Shown: one piece after another, positions 25,094 to 36,796 of the stretch | Layout of the letters: each line of letters begins with the position of its first letter | How positions within the stretch are numbered: position 1 is the stretch's first letter | Origin: Felis catus | Lineage: Eukaryota | Assembly (NCBI RefSeq): GCF_018350175.1 | Contig: NC_058368.1 | Location: 203,238,001 to 203,302,000, forward strand | Direction: 5' to 3' | Length of the DNA: 64,000 bases | Position numbers and translations under genes: made by a program | The notes under the pieces: model-generated | Databases searched by the model: none | Seen by the model: only the letters and a program-made list of their open reading frames with translations | Told to the model about the DNA's origin: nothing

Positions 25094-25161
25094 CTGGTAA
25101 TGATTCCAAACGTATGATATTTGAAAAAGACATAAATCATTAGTTCCCAGTTAGAACAATT
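25094..25161 (-). pseudogene. Fossil exon, block A
   Basis: ttgcttgctttag| acceptor, CAG|gtgaga donor; 139-nt intron to the next exon. Confidence 0.45.
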
Positions 25162-27299
25162 CTAAAGCAAGCAATGTGTTTGGCATTTTCAGAAATGCTT
25201 TATTGGAACGATCAAGGAGTTGAAAGGCTGGAGTTAGGTATAATGATCATTTCCCTTAAACAGAAGAAGGTCATGATGAAAGTTGCTTTTTATCAGTAAT
25301 TAGAGTTCTATAGCAGCAACATGTCCTAATTATGATATTTAGACCATTAGCAGATGAACAATGTTATTTAGATTCTGCTACGGAAAATCACCCCAGGCCA
25401 TGTGGCATCTTATGGAATGATTGAGTATAATGCTATTTGTGGTCTACATCTCACGCACTTACCCAACCCGCCTCACATACACACTCCATCTGGACTCATT
25501 TATTAAGGGCACTTTTGTGTTCAACACAGAACCTGAGAAGTGGCACCTCAATCGGCTTGGAGATGAAAACAAACATCCCTGTGCCTTATTAAATTTTGCA
25601 CAACATGGAAAACATTATGAATGGTGAGATAGAGTGAAACTTCAGTATATAACGAGCAACAAACATTTATGAATGACCACAGTCCCGTTTGAATTATACT
25701 TTCAGAAACACAGGCAAGGAAATCAGGAGGATCCAGAATCAGAAATTAGAAAAATATAGAAGTTGTTTCAAAATGATTTGCCCAGCATATTTTTTTAGGC
25801 TAACTCATCAGACATATTCACTCATCATTCATATTCAGGGTCATGCATTATACGAGGCATTAAGAATAGGAAGAATCCTTCCCAAAAGATGCTTTTGCTT
25901 AGAAGACTCTGAAATGTTGAGACAAAAAATTCTGTCCAGTGGACTGTGAAATGGATTGTTGGTACAGTTTCCTGGACAGTTTTGCACTTTTTCAGAGTGA
26001 GAAGGAAATAACACTGGTTTGATGTTCCCACAGACACAGCTGGGTGGGTGTTAAGCAGCATGGAATTTCCCTGGTTTAACTTGTGCTGTTAGTCTGGCTT
26101 GGCTTGCCCTGGGCTGGCAGTCTAGTGTCACTTGACCCAAGCAGAAGCTCAATCACTTTGGTCACAGGACAACAGTACTTTAGAGTTTAAGAGCTCTTTT
26201 GTTTCAGGAAATTTTCCCAATTATTCAATCTAAGGTTTCATTTGTTTAATGACTTCCTCATTTTACCATCTAATGTGCTTCCCCATGCCTTCATCTTTTT
26301 GCCTTTTTATTTTGTTTAGTTATTCTTTGGTCTAGCTATGGTTAATTTAATCTTTCCTCCTAAGTCAATGCCTCTAACCCCTGGAGGCACAAGGCCAAAG
26401 GCCAAATGGCTTTAACTGCCAATATATAAAAACTCTCAAAGGTTGGTGAGGTGAGTGTCATTACTGAAGACGTGTAAGTGGTGGGGCGGGAATGTCTATA
26501 CCGTAAGGCATAGTAAAGTGTCAACTCGGAGTTGCAATCATTCAATATGAAGTCCTTTTATTGGGGGTAGTAGAGCTTTTAAAGGTTTTTCCTTTCGTGT
26601 TTATTTAGGCATTTTGTCCCATTAATTGGGTGGGAGGGATTGAGGAGTTTATAGGAACAAGTTCAACGAGCACCAAGCAGTTACCCTGGGTGATGTGTGG
26701 CTGGCCACTTGGAGCTCTAAGAGGGAATGTGTTTTGTGGGAAATACTTAAACACATTTCTATAAAATGTTTAACAGAATTTGTGCACAATATAGTAATAC
26801 TTTAAAAGTTTTACTAAGCAGCTTAATTCCTAACCTGTAGTACGACAAACATATAGAGCAGTGGAAGAAATCTCACAGGCTTTAAACATGTCGATATGTG
26901 CCCATTGCTCCTTTGTCAAATATGTGATTTTCTTTTCGTCAGAATCAATGCCAGATGCATTAGAATACTCAATAAATGTTAGTTAAATGGAATAATTTTT
27001 CTTTATATTCATCACAATTTTCTTTCTTTCATTATTTGTGTGTTTTTTTTTTTTTATTCCATGAACTCTAATCTTATTTTGTCAGTCCTCTTTCCTCTAA
27101 GTTTTAATTTTAAGCTTTCTTTACATTCTTCTCCAATATCTTCAGGTTTTGTTGTCAGAATTTACACTTTGTACTCCCTCTGTCACTTATTCACGTTTGT
27201 CTTTGTTCCATTTTGGACATTTTTTTTCTTTATAATTCCTTGCCACTGCGTGTTGCCTCTGCAAGTGAGCTTGCACCAATTTTCATTTTAAACAGCTTA

Positions 27300-27513
27300 G
27301 GGGCTTCTGCGTGGCTTAGTCAATTGAGTGTCCGACTTCAGCTCAGGTCATGATCTCGTAGTTCATGGGTTCGAGGCCCACATAGGGCTCTGTACTGACA
27401 GCTTAGAGCCTGGAGCCTGATTTGGATCGTGTCTCCTTCTCTCTCTGTCCCTCCCCCACTCACACTCTGTCTCTCTGTCTCTCAAAAATAAATAGTAAAA
27501 AAAGAAAGAAAAA
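27300..27513 (+). mobile_element. CanSINE
   Basis: First of a head-to-tail pair. Confidence 0.9.
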
Positions 27514-27514
27514 T

Positions 27515-27750
27515 GGGGGCTCCTGCCTGGGTGGCTCAGTCGTTTGAGTGTCTGATTTTGGTTCAGGTCATGATCTCACAGTTCGTGGGTTCAAGCCCTG
27601 CGTCGGGCTCTGTGCTGACAGCTCAGAGCCTGGAGTCTGCTTCAGATTCTGTCTCCCTCTCTCTCTCTGCCCCTCCCCTGCTCATCCTCTGTCTCTCCCT
27701 CTCAAAAATAAATTAAAAATAAAATCCTTAAAAATAAATAAATTTAAAAG
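27515..27750 (+). mobile_element. CanSINE
   Basis: Second of the pair; pair flanked by acagctta. Confidence 0.9.
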
Positions 27751-27925
27751 ACAGCTTAAAATTTTTCAGAGAATTATTCAAGTCCTGTTTTAAAATATGT
27801 TTCATAAAGTGGTTTTTACAGAAATCAGAGATTGAAAAATGTGTGGTATTAGCATAATATGTCACTTTTTTCATTCAACGAATACACAACTGTTTTGAAA
27901 ATCCTAGTTCTTACCTTCAAGGCAA

Positions 27926-28144
27926 TTTTTATTTTTTTTATTTTGTTTTTAAGTTTATTTCTTTTTGAGAGAGAGAGAGTGCACAAGTGGGAGAGGGGCA
28001 GTGAGAGAAGAAGAGAGGATCTGAAGCTGGCTCTGCACTGACAACAGAGAGTCCGATGCAGGGCTTGAACTCACAAAGTTCAAGTGAGATCATGACTTAA
28101 GCCATAGTTGGACACTTAACCAACTGAGTCACCCACGCACCCCT
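27926..28144 (-). mobile_element. CanSINE
   Basis: Reverse body. Confidence 0.88.
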
Positions 28145-28708
28145 TAGACAATTTTCAAAGTCTTTTCAAAGGTATTTCATTACCTGGGAAGTAATTCTCA
28201 TATTTTCATATTTTATAGTCTATCTAGCACATAGTACCCATTCAATAAATGAAAATTACTTTATTATCTGATATACTTTGTGTTCTAAGAAACCATTTTA
28301 CATACAAAGGAGAACATAATATTGGGAAATAAGGTGGACTGTCTCCTCCTCTTTTGAGCCAATTTGTCTATCTTTTACACTAATAATCAGTTTCAGAGTA
28401 TTTAGAGAAATGTGTTGGTCCCTTTACTATAGCCAAATGAACATCTACCAGCAAGTGCAAGAAAATTCTTCCACTGCTTCTATTAGGTTAAACTGCTTTA
28501 GATATTTGAGGATTGGTATTCATGGAAAATGCCATGTTATGAGATTTCTAAATATAGATGCACACAAATTGTTATTAAATATTTCCAAGCACCACAGGTT
28601 GAACTAGGTTATCACTCTCTGTGCTTTCAGATATCTTAACGATTGATTTGAAACGTCACATATTTCCTCTAGGGGTAGCAGCCACCAAAATAGTCAAAAT
28701 TACTATAC

Positions 28709-28903
28709 TGGCATGTCAGGTCCAGTCTGGCGGGAACACATAAACATGATCATCATTAGCAAATATGGGCCAGATGTTCATCCTCTAAGAATCTATGGGA
28801 ATGATTACTTGTGTTATGGTGTATAGTCAGTCTTGACATGAAAAAAACAAACTTAATTTAGCATAGAAGAAAGTACAAAATTGCAAATGATCCTACTGCA
28901 CCT
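28709..28903 (-). pseudogene. Possible fossil exon(s), block A
   Basis: Strong tttcttttctccag| acceptor; includes LRG*TSGPYLL, reminiscent of an FLxGTxGExLL RGS-like segment; boundaries uncertain. Confidence 0.3.
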
Positions 28904-29058
28904 CTGGAGAAAAGAAACGATATGAGATTTTCTTAAGTACAGTTGGTATTTTGGATATTGATAACCATTAAGTTGTCCAATAATAGTAATCTTTCCATCT
29001 GTTCCTAATTGTAACCCCTATTGTATCATCTGATCTACTTTATTACAATGGCCTAATT

Positions 29059-29290
29059 AAAAATTTTTCTAATATTTATTTATTGTTGAGACAGAGAGAG
29101 AGAGAAAGAGAGAGACAGAGCATGAACAGGAGAGGGGCAGAGAAAGAGAGGGAGACACAGAATCTGAAGCAGGCTTCAGGGTCTGAGTTGTCAGCACAGA
29201 GCCTGATGCGGGGGCTCGAGCTCACGAGCTGTGAGATCATGACCTGGGCCAAAGCCAGATGCTTAACCAACTGAGCCACCCAGGCACCCC
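29059..29290 (-). mobile_element. CanSINE
   Basis: TSD aatggcctaatt. Confidence 0.92.
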
Positions 29291-29889
29291 TGGAATGGCC
29301 TAATTTGAAAGAGTGAGAACTTTTTTTCTTTTTTTTTAACTTGGATATACCTCTTTTCTTTCAGTTATTCTAATTTCATCTACTAATTTTACTATGGGAG
29401 ACAATCAATGGACAGTCAATTTCTTAACTATCCTTCCTTGTTTAAAAAATTACTATTTTTTTTGTTTAATGACTATATTCTAATATACCAACTGGCTTGA
29501 AGACAGAAATTCATTAATAACCTTAAAGAATATGTCACTTGTGATATTTTGGTCTACTTTGTTTTCTTCTCATTAGCATGAAGGCCAGATAAAACTTACT
29601 TTTTTTTTTTTAATAACAGCTCTGTTCATAGCTGGTACTTTTATCTTATGTTGTCATAGAAATAAAAGCTGAGTATTATACATTAAAATATGGCTGCAAA
29701 ATAAAAGAATATAGAAACTTCTCCTGCAGAAAGATTTTCAAATACTGTGCTTGAGTAGCAGACTATGGTGAATTATACCAGGTTATAGTGAAGTAGGTCA
29801 TTGAGTTATGATTGCACAGGCATCAAATATTAATTTGGGGGCATTATTAAAAATTACTGTAAGGGCATGTACCAGATAATTTTTCATAC

Positions 29890-29977
29890 ATCTCAATTCC
29901 ATGCGTAATCTTTCACTGGCATATTTGGAGCAAAGGTTTTCGGTGAAGCTGGATGTAGATTGTCTATACAAACCACA
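29890..29977 (-). pseudogene. Fossil exon, block A
   Basis: tcaattcttttcag| acceptor, |gtatga donor; open CGLYRQSTSSFTENLCSKYASERLRMELR, in phase with the 35913 donor. Confidence 0.5.
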
Positions 29978-30181
29978 CTGAAAAGAATTGAGACTCAGTT
30001 CAAGAGTGTATACTTTCAAAGTCATGCCATAATATGTTCATCAAAACCTATATAGTTCTGCTATATAGTCACAGTCTTAAAATGTATTCTACTTAGAGTC
30101 ATGTATGTAATGGCGTATCTGAAGATTGCTAAATGGACAGGATTGACCAAGCAATGTTCAATGACTTTGAAAGCATTTGAT

Positions 30182-30392
30182 GGGGCACCTGGGTGGCTCA
30201 ATTGGTTAAGCGTCCAACTTCAGCTCAGGTCATGATCTCGTGGTTCATGCGTTCAAGCCCTGCGTCGGGCTCTGTGCTGACAGTTCAGAGCCTGGAGCCT
30301 GCTTCAGATTCTGTTTCTCTCTCTCTCTCTCTGCCCCTCCCCTGCTTGTGCTCTGTCTCTCAAAAATAAATAAACATTTAAAAAAATTTAAT
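30182..30392 (+). mobile_element. CanSINE
   Basis: TSD aaagcatttga. Confidence 0.92.
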
Positions 30393-31011
30393 AAAGCATT
30401 TGAAAGCATGTTTAAACGAGCTGATTATTATCTATGGAGCGTATGAGTTCTATGTGCATGAGTCACAGAGTCATGAACACTGGTGGATACCAAAATCGAT
30501 ATGATCACACCCCCTCATATAATGTCAAACTTCAGAATCCTGTAGCTAATGAATCAACATATTTCACTTTTCTTAAGCATTTTTAGCCTGAAATTACATT
30601 GAAAGTTCTCTGGTGTCAGTCTAATAATTACTTTTCACATTCCAATAATACAGTGCTTAAAAGTATTTTAAAACTAAGCACTTTGTACTTTAAATATACT
30701 TTATTGCTAATATATAGTTCTTAGCCCAATCAATCAAATATCTATCAATGTGTACTGTGCAAAGAGCATGTTGCCAAATTCCCCTGGGCTTATTCTTTTA
30801 TGCACATCAGAGATGAAGTTTCTAGTCTATTGGAGCTCAAAAATTAGCCACAAGTCCTAATACCACTTAAATTAGTCACATGTAGGTGTGGAAGAAGGTT
30901 AGTTGACAGACTAAACAATAGCACTGGCATAAACTTGAATTTCTTCTTTTAATCTTTATTAGAATAATGGTATTAAATATACTTGGATTTCTCTGATGAA
31001 TTTATCTTGTG

Positions 31012-31043
31012 AATTTAAGTATATGTGCTGCCGAAGCAAGCAC
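31012..31043 (-). pseudogene. RNU6: U6 snRNA 5'-fragment (tailless) retropseudogene
   Basis: Reverse complement gtgcttgcttcggcagcacatatacttaaatt matches U6 nt 1-32 at 30/32; 17-bp direct repeat flanks it (31003-31019, 31044-31060). Confidence 0.9.
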
Positions 31044-31382
31044 TATTTTGTGAATTTAAGGTTCTTAACAAATTAATAAAGCCACTCCTTCCTTTAACTC
31101 TTATCTCAACTCCTGATGTCCCAAAGAAATACCACTTAACTTCTGGTCTCACATTTCTCTCTAACTGGTGTCAGTATGGTTTTTGACACTTAGCCACTTA
31201 CTGTGTTTTAATATGATTGTCAACTAACTTCATGCAGGTAACTCCTGATAACATCCTCTCACACACTACCTTGTATTTATTGGATGTTGGGTATTTCTTT
31301 TTCATCTTCCTTACTTTCTTTTTGTAGCACCTAGTAAACTAATGTAAAAAACTACTATTTGAATTAAGAATACATTTTTATT

Positions 31383-31595
31383 GGGGTGCCTGGGTGGCAC
31401 ATTTGGTTGAGCATCTGACTCTCGGTTTTGGCTCAGGTCGTGATCTCACAGTTTTGTGAGTTCGAGCCTTGCACTGGATCTGTACTGGCAATGCAGAGCC
31501 TGCTTGGGATTCTCTCTCTCTTTCTCCATCTGCCCCTCCCCTGCTTACGCTGTGTCTGTCTCTCTCAAAATAAGTAAAAAATATTTTTACAAAGA
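31383..31595 (+). mobile_element. CanSINE
   Basis: Full body. Confidence 0.9.
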
Positions 31596-31760
31596 TTAAA
31601 TTTTATTTAACACATTAATGAATTCTCATAAACCAGTGAATTTCCATATATGTTTATACATATGTATGTACATGTGGATGTACATATACATATGTAAATA
31701 AGGTTTTCTGTGTGAGATAATTAAAGGATCAGAAAAGAGTATGAAAAAATACACATATTT

Positions 31761-32447
31761 ACACACCTAGTAAAATGACCAAAATCCAGAACACTGAAAC
31801 CACCAAATGTTAGCAAGAATGTGAGCAACAGAAATTCTCACTTATTGCTGGTAAGAATGCAAAATGGTACAGCCACTTTGGGAGACATTTTGGGGTTCTT
31901 ACAATCCAGCAATTGTGCTCTTTGGTATTTATCCAAAGGAATTGAAAACATGTTCACACAAAAACCTGCACTCAGATGTCTATAGCAGGTTTATGCATAA
32001 TTGTCCAAACTTGAAAGCAACCAAGATGTCCTTTAGTAGGTGAATGGATACATGAACTGTGGTATATTCAGACAATGGGAATGGTATGTCCAGCACTAAA
32101 GGGAATGAGTTATCAAGCCACAAGAAGACATGAAGAAACCTTAAATGCATATTATTAAGTAAAAGAAGCCAGTATGAAAACGCTACACACTATATAGTTC
32201 CAATTATATGACGTCCTGGGAAGGCAAAGCTATGAAGACAATAAAAAGATCAGTGGTTGACAGGGGTGGAGCGAAGGAGGGAGAGAGATGAATAGGCAGA
32301 GCACAGAGGATTTTTCAGGTCAGTGAAAATATTAAAATAATGGGTATGTGTCATTATACATTTGTCCAAATCCATGGAACCTACAATATCTACAGTGAAC
32401 CCTAAGGTAAACGACAGACTTTAGATGATAATGATGTGTCAATGTAC
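31761..32447 (+). mobile_element. L1MC-like 3' end
   Basis: aatgcaaaatggtacagccactttgg, aagcaaccaagatgtcctt, gtgaaccctaaggtaaac..gataatgatgtgtcaatgta. Confidence 0.85.
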
Positions 32448-33242
32448 TTACATAAGTATATACTTATATCTATCTATCATCTATCATCTATCATCTGTCT
32501 AATTAGTAGATAGCTTTATATATATAACTGTAAATAGATAGCACTATTTACCAAGGGAAATAAAAGTTCCATATTTATCATAGAGCTGAAAAAACTACTA
32601 TTACCTATTTATTTCTTGCTCAAGTCCTTCTCTCCAAATGCCTTCATTAAATGGGCTCTCATCTCATTGGGCTGAAGATAAGAAACAATTTTTGAGCTAT
32701 TTTCAAACAATTTGTCCACGTAAAATAGCTTATACATGTTTATTTTGAGTCCTTAATGATGGATATAATTAGAGGGGAGAAATCTTGCAATGATTCCTTG
32801 GAAGGAATACTGGTAGTTGTCAGTAGGTTCTAATCACATGCATGGCTTAAAGAAAATGATTGACAAAAATCTTCAAATCTTAGCTTAAGTCCAAATGGCT
32901 GGATTTTCATACAAACATACTAAAAGTCTATCCTTTGTCCAGTGTCCTCAGGGCTGCAACTGCCCAAACCGAACTGAAATTTGATTAGAAAGTTTGCCAG
33001 ATTATCATGCTAGCTTGAGTTCACCAAGCCTTTGACCTGAGGAAAACTGGAATTCTGAAAATTGGAATAGGAACATACAGAAGGAAAACAGCCTCCCGTG
33101 GACGGTGAAGTTGGCTCCTTTCCTGTAAATAGGTCTTAACTCTAAGATGCTGACTTCCCTAGGTGGAAGGATCATGCCAGGTTCTCATGTCACCTCACAT
33201 TGCTCCAGACCTATAATCAGAACTAGAATCAAGAATATTTGA

Positions 33243-33487
33243 GGGGCGCCTGGGTGGCGCAGTCGGTTAAGCGTCCGACTTCAGCCAGGTCACGATCTCG
33301 CGGTCTGTGAGTTCGAGCCCCGCGTCAGGCTCTGGGCTGATGGCTCAGAGCCTGGAGCCTGTTTCCGATTCTGTGTCTCCCTCTCTCTCTCTGCCCCTCC
33401 CCCGTTCATGCTCTGTCTCTCTCTGTCCCAAAAATAAATAAACGTTGAAAAAAAAATTTAAAAAAAAAAAAAAAAGAAAGAAAAAAA
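33243..33487 (+). mobile_element. Young CanSINE
   Basis: Long A tail; TSD aagaatatttgag. Confidence 0.95.
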
Positions 33488-33849
33488 GAATATTTGAGCA
33501 GGGAACCTACAAACAAAGCCCCTGGGATGATAAGATTTTGATAATTTATATAATTTATATGGATACAGATGCGGAGAGTACGTGTAAGAATGGAATATGA
33601 AAATTCTAGATATGAGAGGGAAAGGAATAATTTTAGAACAGGTTGAACTAATCAATACAGATTCAGTCACCAAGTTGGTCACCATGCTAGCTAGAGCAGT
33701 TGGGTGTGATTCTTTTTTTCCTTTTCTTTCCATTTTTTCCCCTCCCAGTTTGGTTAACTTTACCCTGAGCTCAAATTCTTCAGTATAATGTAGAGGAAAA
33801 GAATGTAGAGGCTCACAGATTAGTAAATGTTGGAGAGGAGTGAACACAG

Positions 33850-34465
33850 CAGACTGCTCAACTGCTCCCTAACCATCCTCTCTTGAGGGGCCAGCATGTA
33901 TTCACTACTCCAAGGTTTTGAGAAATATCCCAGGGAGTGTAGTCCCAACATCTCTTAAAGGTGATGCTAGGGGCTGCACTCTGGAAGAAAGTGATGCTTG
34001 TGTGTGATACTGCACTTGAAAAGGGCTCCTTGATACATTGTGATACTAGATTCCAGGGTGTCAGAAGATAAGGAATGGAACATACCTGTTAGGTTGAGTC
34101 ACAGTGACTCCAAAAAGCAGCAGTGTCAGCAAAGGGATCAGAATGGTACTATCCATAAGGTACTTTGTGGTGGTATATTGATCATTGGGCCCCTGAAATG
34201 AACAAAGAACTGAATAAACCCTAGACTTAGTGAGTGGAGGCCTTACCTAAGTCACCAAAATTTATAATATTTCTTCACCCAACTTCCAGACGTGGGTTAG
34301 TTCAAATATCTACTGGTCCTCTGACCCCAGAGAGGGATAGAAAATTTTGAGTTTGAACTCTGTTATAATATTGTAAGTGTATACTTTGACTCTCCTTTTT
34401 AATGCTTTCCCAAAGGGATCTGTGTCTATTTACCAGAATAACTGTGTCTTTGGAAAAGACAGTGA
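33850..34465 (+). mobile_element. Degraded ERVL internal (gag/pro junction) fragment
   Basis: 34408-34458 reads SQRDLCLFTRITVSLEK, similar to the recalled ERVL PQRDLRPFTRVTVHWGK. Confidence 0.5.
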
Positions 34466-34469
34466 TCAA

Positions 34470-35219
34470 TGACAACTATATATAAATTATATAATTTATT
34501 ATAAGGAATTAGCTCATATGATTATGGATGCTGAGGCTGAGATCTAGAAAAGCCAGGGGTGGGGTGCCTGGGTGGCTCAGTCAGTTGAGCATCAGACTTC
34601 GACTCAGGTCATGATCTGAGTCGGGTGACTGAGTCTGGGTGGCTCAGTCAGTTGAGCATCAGACTTCGACTCAGGTCATGATCTCACAGTTTGCGGATTC
34701 GAGCCCCGGGTCGGGCTCTGCACTGACTGCTCAGAACCTTCATCCTGCCTCAGATTCTGTGTCTCCCTCTCTCTCTGCCCCTCCCTCGCTCACACTCTGT
34801 CTCTCTCTCTTTCAAAAATAAATAAACATTATAAATTTTTTTCTAGAAAAACTAGTGGTATAGCTCTAGTCTGAGTCCAAAGACCTAAGAACCAGAAGAA
34901 TCAGTGGTTTAAGTTCTGGTCTGTATCTGAACTATCATTTGTCCTTGTATAAGTTCCAGTCTGAGGGCAGGAGAAGACTGATGTCTCAGCTCATAAAGTT
35001 AGTGAAAATTCTCTCCCTTCTTCCATTTTTTGTGTTTAATTCAGGCCTTTAATGGCTTGGTTGATGCCCAGTTCCATTGGGAAGGGCGATCTACTTTACT
35101 TAATCTATCCATTCAAATGCTAGTCTCATCTGGAAATACCTCCACAGACACAGCCAGAAATAATGTTTAACTAAATATCTGTGGCTCCATCAAGCTGACA
35201 CATAAAATTAACCATCACC
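34470..35219 (-). mobile_element. MLT2-family ERVL LTR, interrupted by a CanSINE
   Basis: tttattataaggaattagctcatatgattatgga..caagctgacacataaaattaaccatcac terminal motifs. Confidence 0.8.
34561..34842 (+). mobile_element. CanSINE with duplicated 50-bp head
   Basis: Identical 50-mers at 34568-34617 and 34635-34684; TSD tctagaaaa. Confidence 0.92.
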
Positions 35220-35556
35220 AGCAGACTGGGAGGACTGGTAGAAATCATTGTACAGATATTCCAAGTCTCGTAAGAAGCACCTTCACCAGGGCAAATACTG
35301 TCATTCTTTCAAGAGACTGTGCATAGCAGGTGTTGAGGAATAGGATCCAGATCAGAAGTGGAAAAACATAAAGATACATGTCATATGGCAACTGCAGCTG
35401 ACAGTCTGGGTTGAGGGTGAGGCATCCTTTGGAGAACTCGAAAGGATAGTTGGAGGGTACACTATAAATGGAATTAAGGCATTGCACGAGTGAATGGGCA
35501 CTAGATGAGGAGCCTGTGGTTGGGAGATTAATATGATTTAATATTAATATGGTTTA

Positions 35557-35773
35557 GTGGTGTCTGGGTGGCTCAGTTGGTTACATGTCTGACTTTGGCT
35601 CAGGTCATGATCTCATGGCTCGTGAGTTCGAGCCCCGCGTCAGGCTCTGTGCTGACAGCTTGGAGCCTGGAACCTGCTTTGGATTCTGTGTCTCTCCCTC
35701 TCTCTCTGCCCGTTCCCCACTCACATTCTGTCTCTCTGCCTCTCAAAAATAATAAATAAACATTTAAAAATTT
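35557..35773 (+). mobile_element. CanSINE
   Basis: TSD aatattaatatgRttta. Confidence 0.9.
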
Positions 35774-35912
35774 AATATTAATATGATTTAATCTGTACCA
35801 TAGGAAATGCCTAATGATATGTGGTTTATACAAAAGAAGGAGCATTTATACTATAAAGTGCTATATTGCTGTATGTTATAATAGTTACTATATATGCTCA
35901 CTTCTGTCTTAC

Positions 35913-35997
35913 CTTTAACATGCTTCTAATCCTTTTTAATGTCCATTCCTAACTGCCTTGCACACCCATTAGCTAGTCTTTTTGAGAGGTGGGATAA
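35913..35997 (-). pseudogene. Fossil exon, block A (N-terminal region)
   Basis: tactcttttag| acceptor, AAG|gtaaga donor. QGS*EWTLKRIRSMLK, compared with recalled RGSL1 KGLLTWLEKCRLPFFCK and RGS22 EGIKWIKKERLPAFL. Confidence 0.5.
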
Positions 35998-36099
35998 CTA
36001 AAAGAGTATATTTTAGGTTCCTACTAGCATATTTAAAACTACTCAATTTACAACATTCAAAAAATATTAGCTGATTCATTTCAGGAAGGATTTAAGGTA

Positions 36100-36214
36100 C
36101 TTTATCTGTGGAACCCACAAGATTAAAAAGAAAGAAGCGAAGAAGTTACAGTTAAAAAAGAAAACACAGGTAAGAAAATTAAATTAAAATTTGGATAAAG
36201 ATTTATCCAAAATG
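36100..36214 (-). pseudogene. Possible fossil exon, block A (N-terminal FN..LPVF motif)
   Basis: NFNLIFLPVFS, compared with recalled RGSL1 FFNTFLSLPVFG; weak splice sites, low-complexity sequence. Confidence 0.35.
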
Positions 36215-36796
36215 CCTTGTATAGTCCATAGGGGTATGTCATATATTTGATTTTATGCTTCATTGTAGCAAAGATAAAACTGGAATCTTGATCTGTTATA
36301 TGCATCAACATCCATAAAATAAAAACTAATTTCCCTGAGTACCTATGGTTAATCCTTCTACTGAAACCTGAGGGAAATTTCTTTCATAAAATGAGACGAT
36401 GTAATATAGTGAGCATCAACCATATTGTAAATATGATGATGAGATTCTTAGAGATGTTTATTCTAAGTTGAAATGTAAGTGGAGAGGGAATAGGAAAGCC
36501 AAGATTAGTAAATTCTAATCTTTGAGGGACCAAACAATCTACCACATGTGATTCAACTCCTTGTAGGTCTGGCTCCCTCCCAGAATAACATTCAGAACAT
36601 CTAGAGCAATCAGACAATCTTTAGGAATATCATCTCTTATAATCATGTCTATTAGATGTCATCAACAAAAGTTTCAGGTTATATTTCCCTGCAGTGCCCC
36701 AAAGAAGTGAGGTGATTGTTAAGTTGACTCCAGTAAAAGAACAACAGTATCATCAGCAATGTCAGTGTTGTCTGAGTTATGAAAATTGCAGAATTA

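Larger units (their letters stand above)
1..36214. pseudogene. Decayed, intron-containing pseudogene of a putative RGS22/RGSL1-family (multi-RGS-like domain) paralog, with exon blocks on both strands; continues beyond the left window edge
   Basis: About 20 exon-like blocks bounded by polypyrimidine-AG and GT donors, several phase-compatible. Translations carry stops and frameshifts but echo RGSL1/RGS22 motifs recalled from memory, in a self-consistent domain order. Not verified by alignment. Confidence 0.65.

Noticed and set aside
26420..26490. TATA-like tatataaaa, two strong donors and a GC box
   Set aside because: Spacing and order do not fit a coherent promoter/first exon on either strand
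32452..32467. 16-bp perfect palindrome (also an 18-bp AT palindrome near 34482-34499)
   Set aside because: AT-rich, next to microsatellite-like sequence in repeats; unremarkable
36384..36617. Minus ORF with DCLV....EF..L..F resembling the recalled RGS22 N-terminus
   Set aside because: No clear splice sites and competes with the 36100-36214 candidate; likely a chance match
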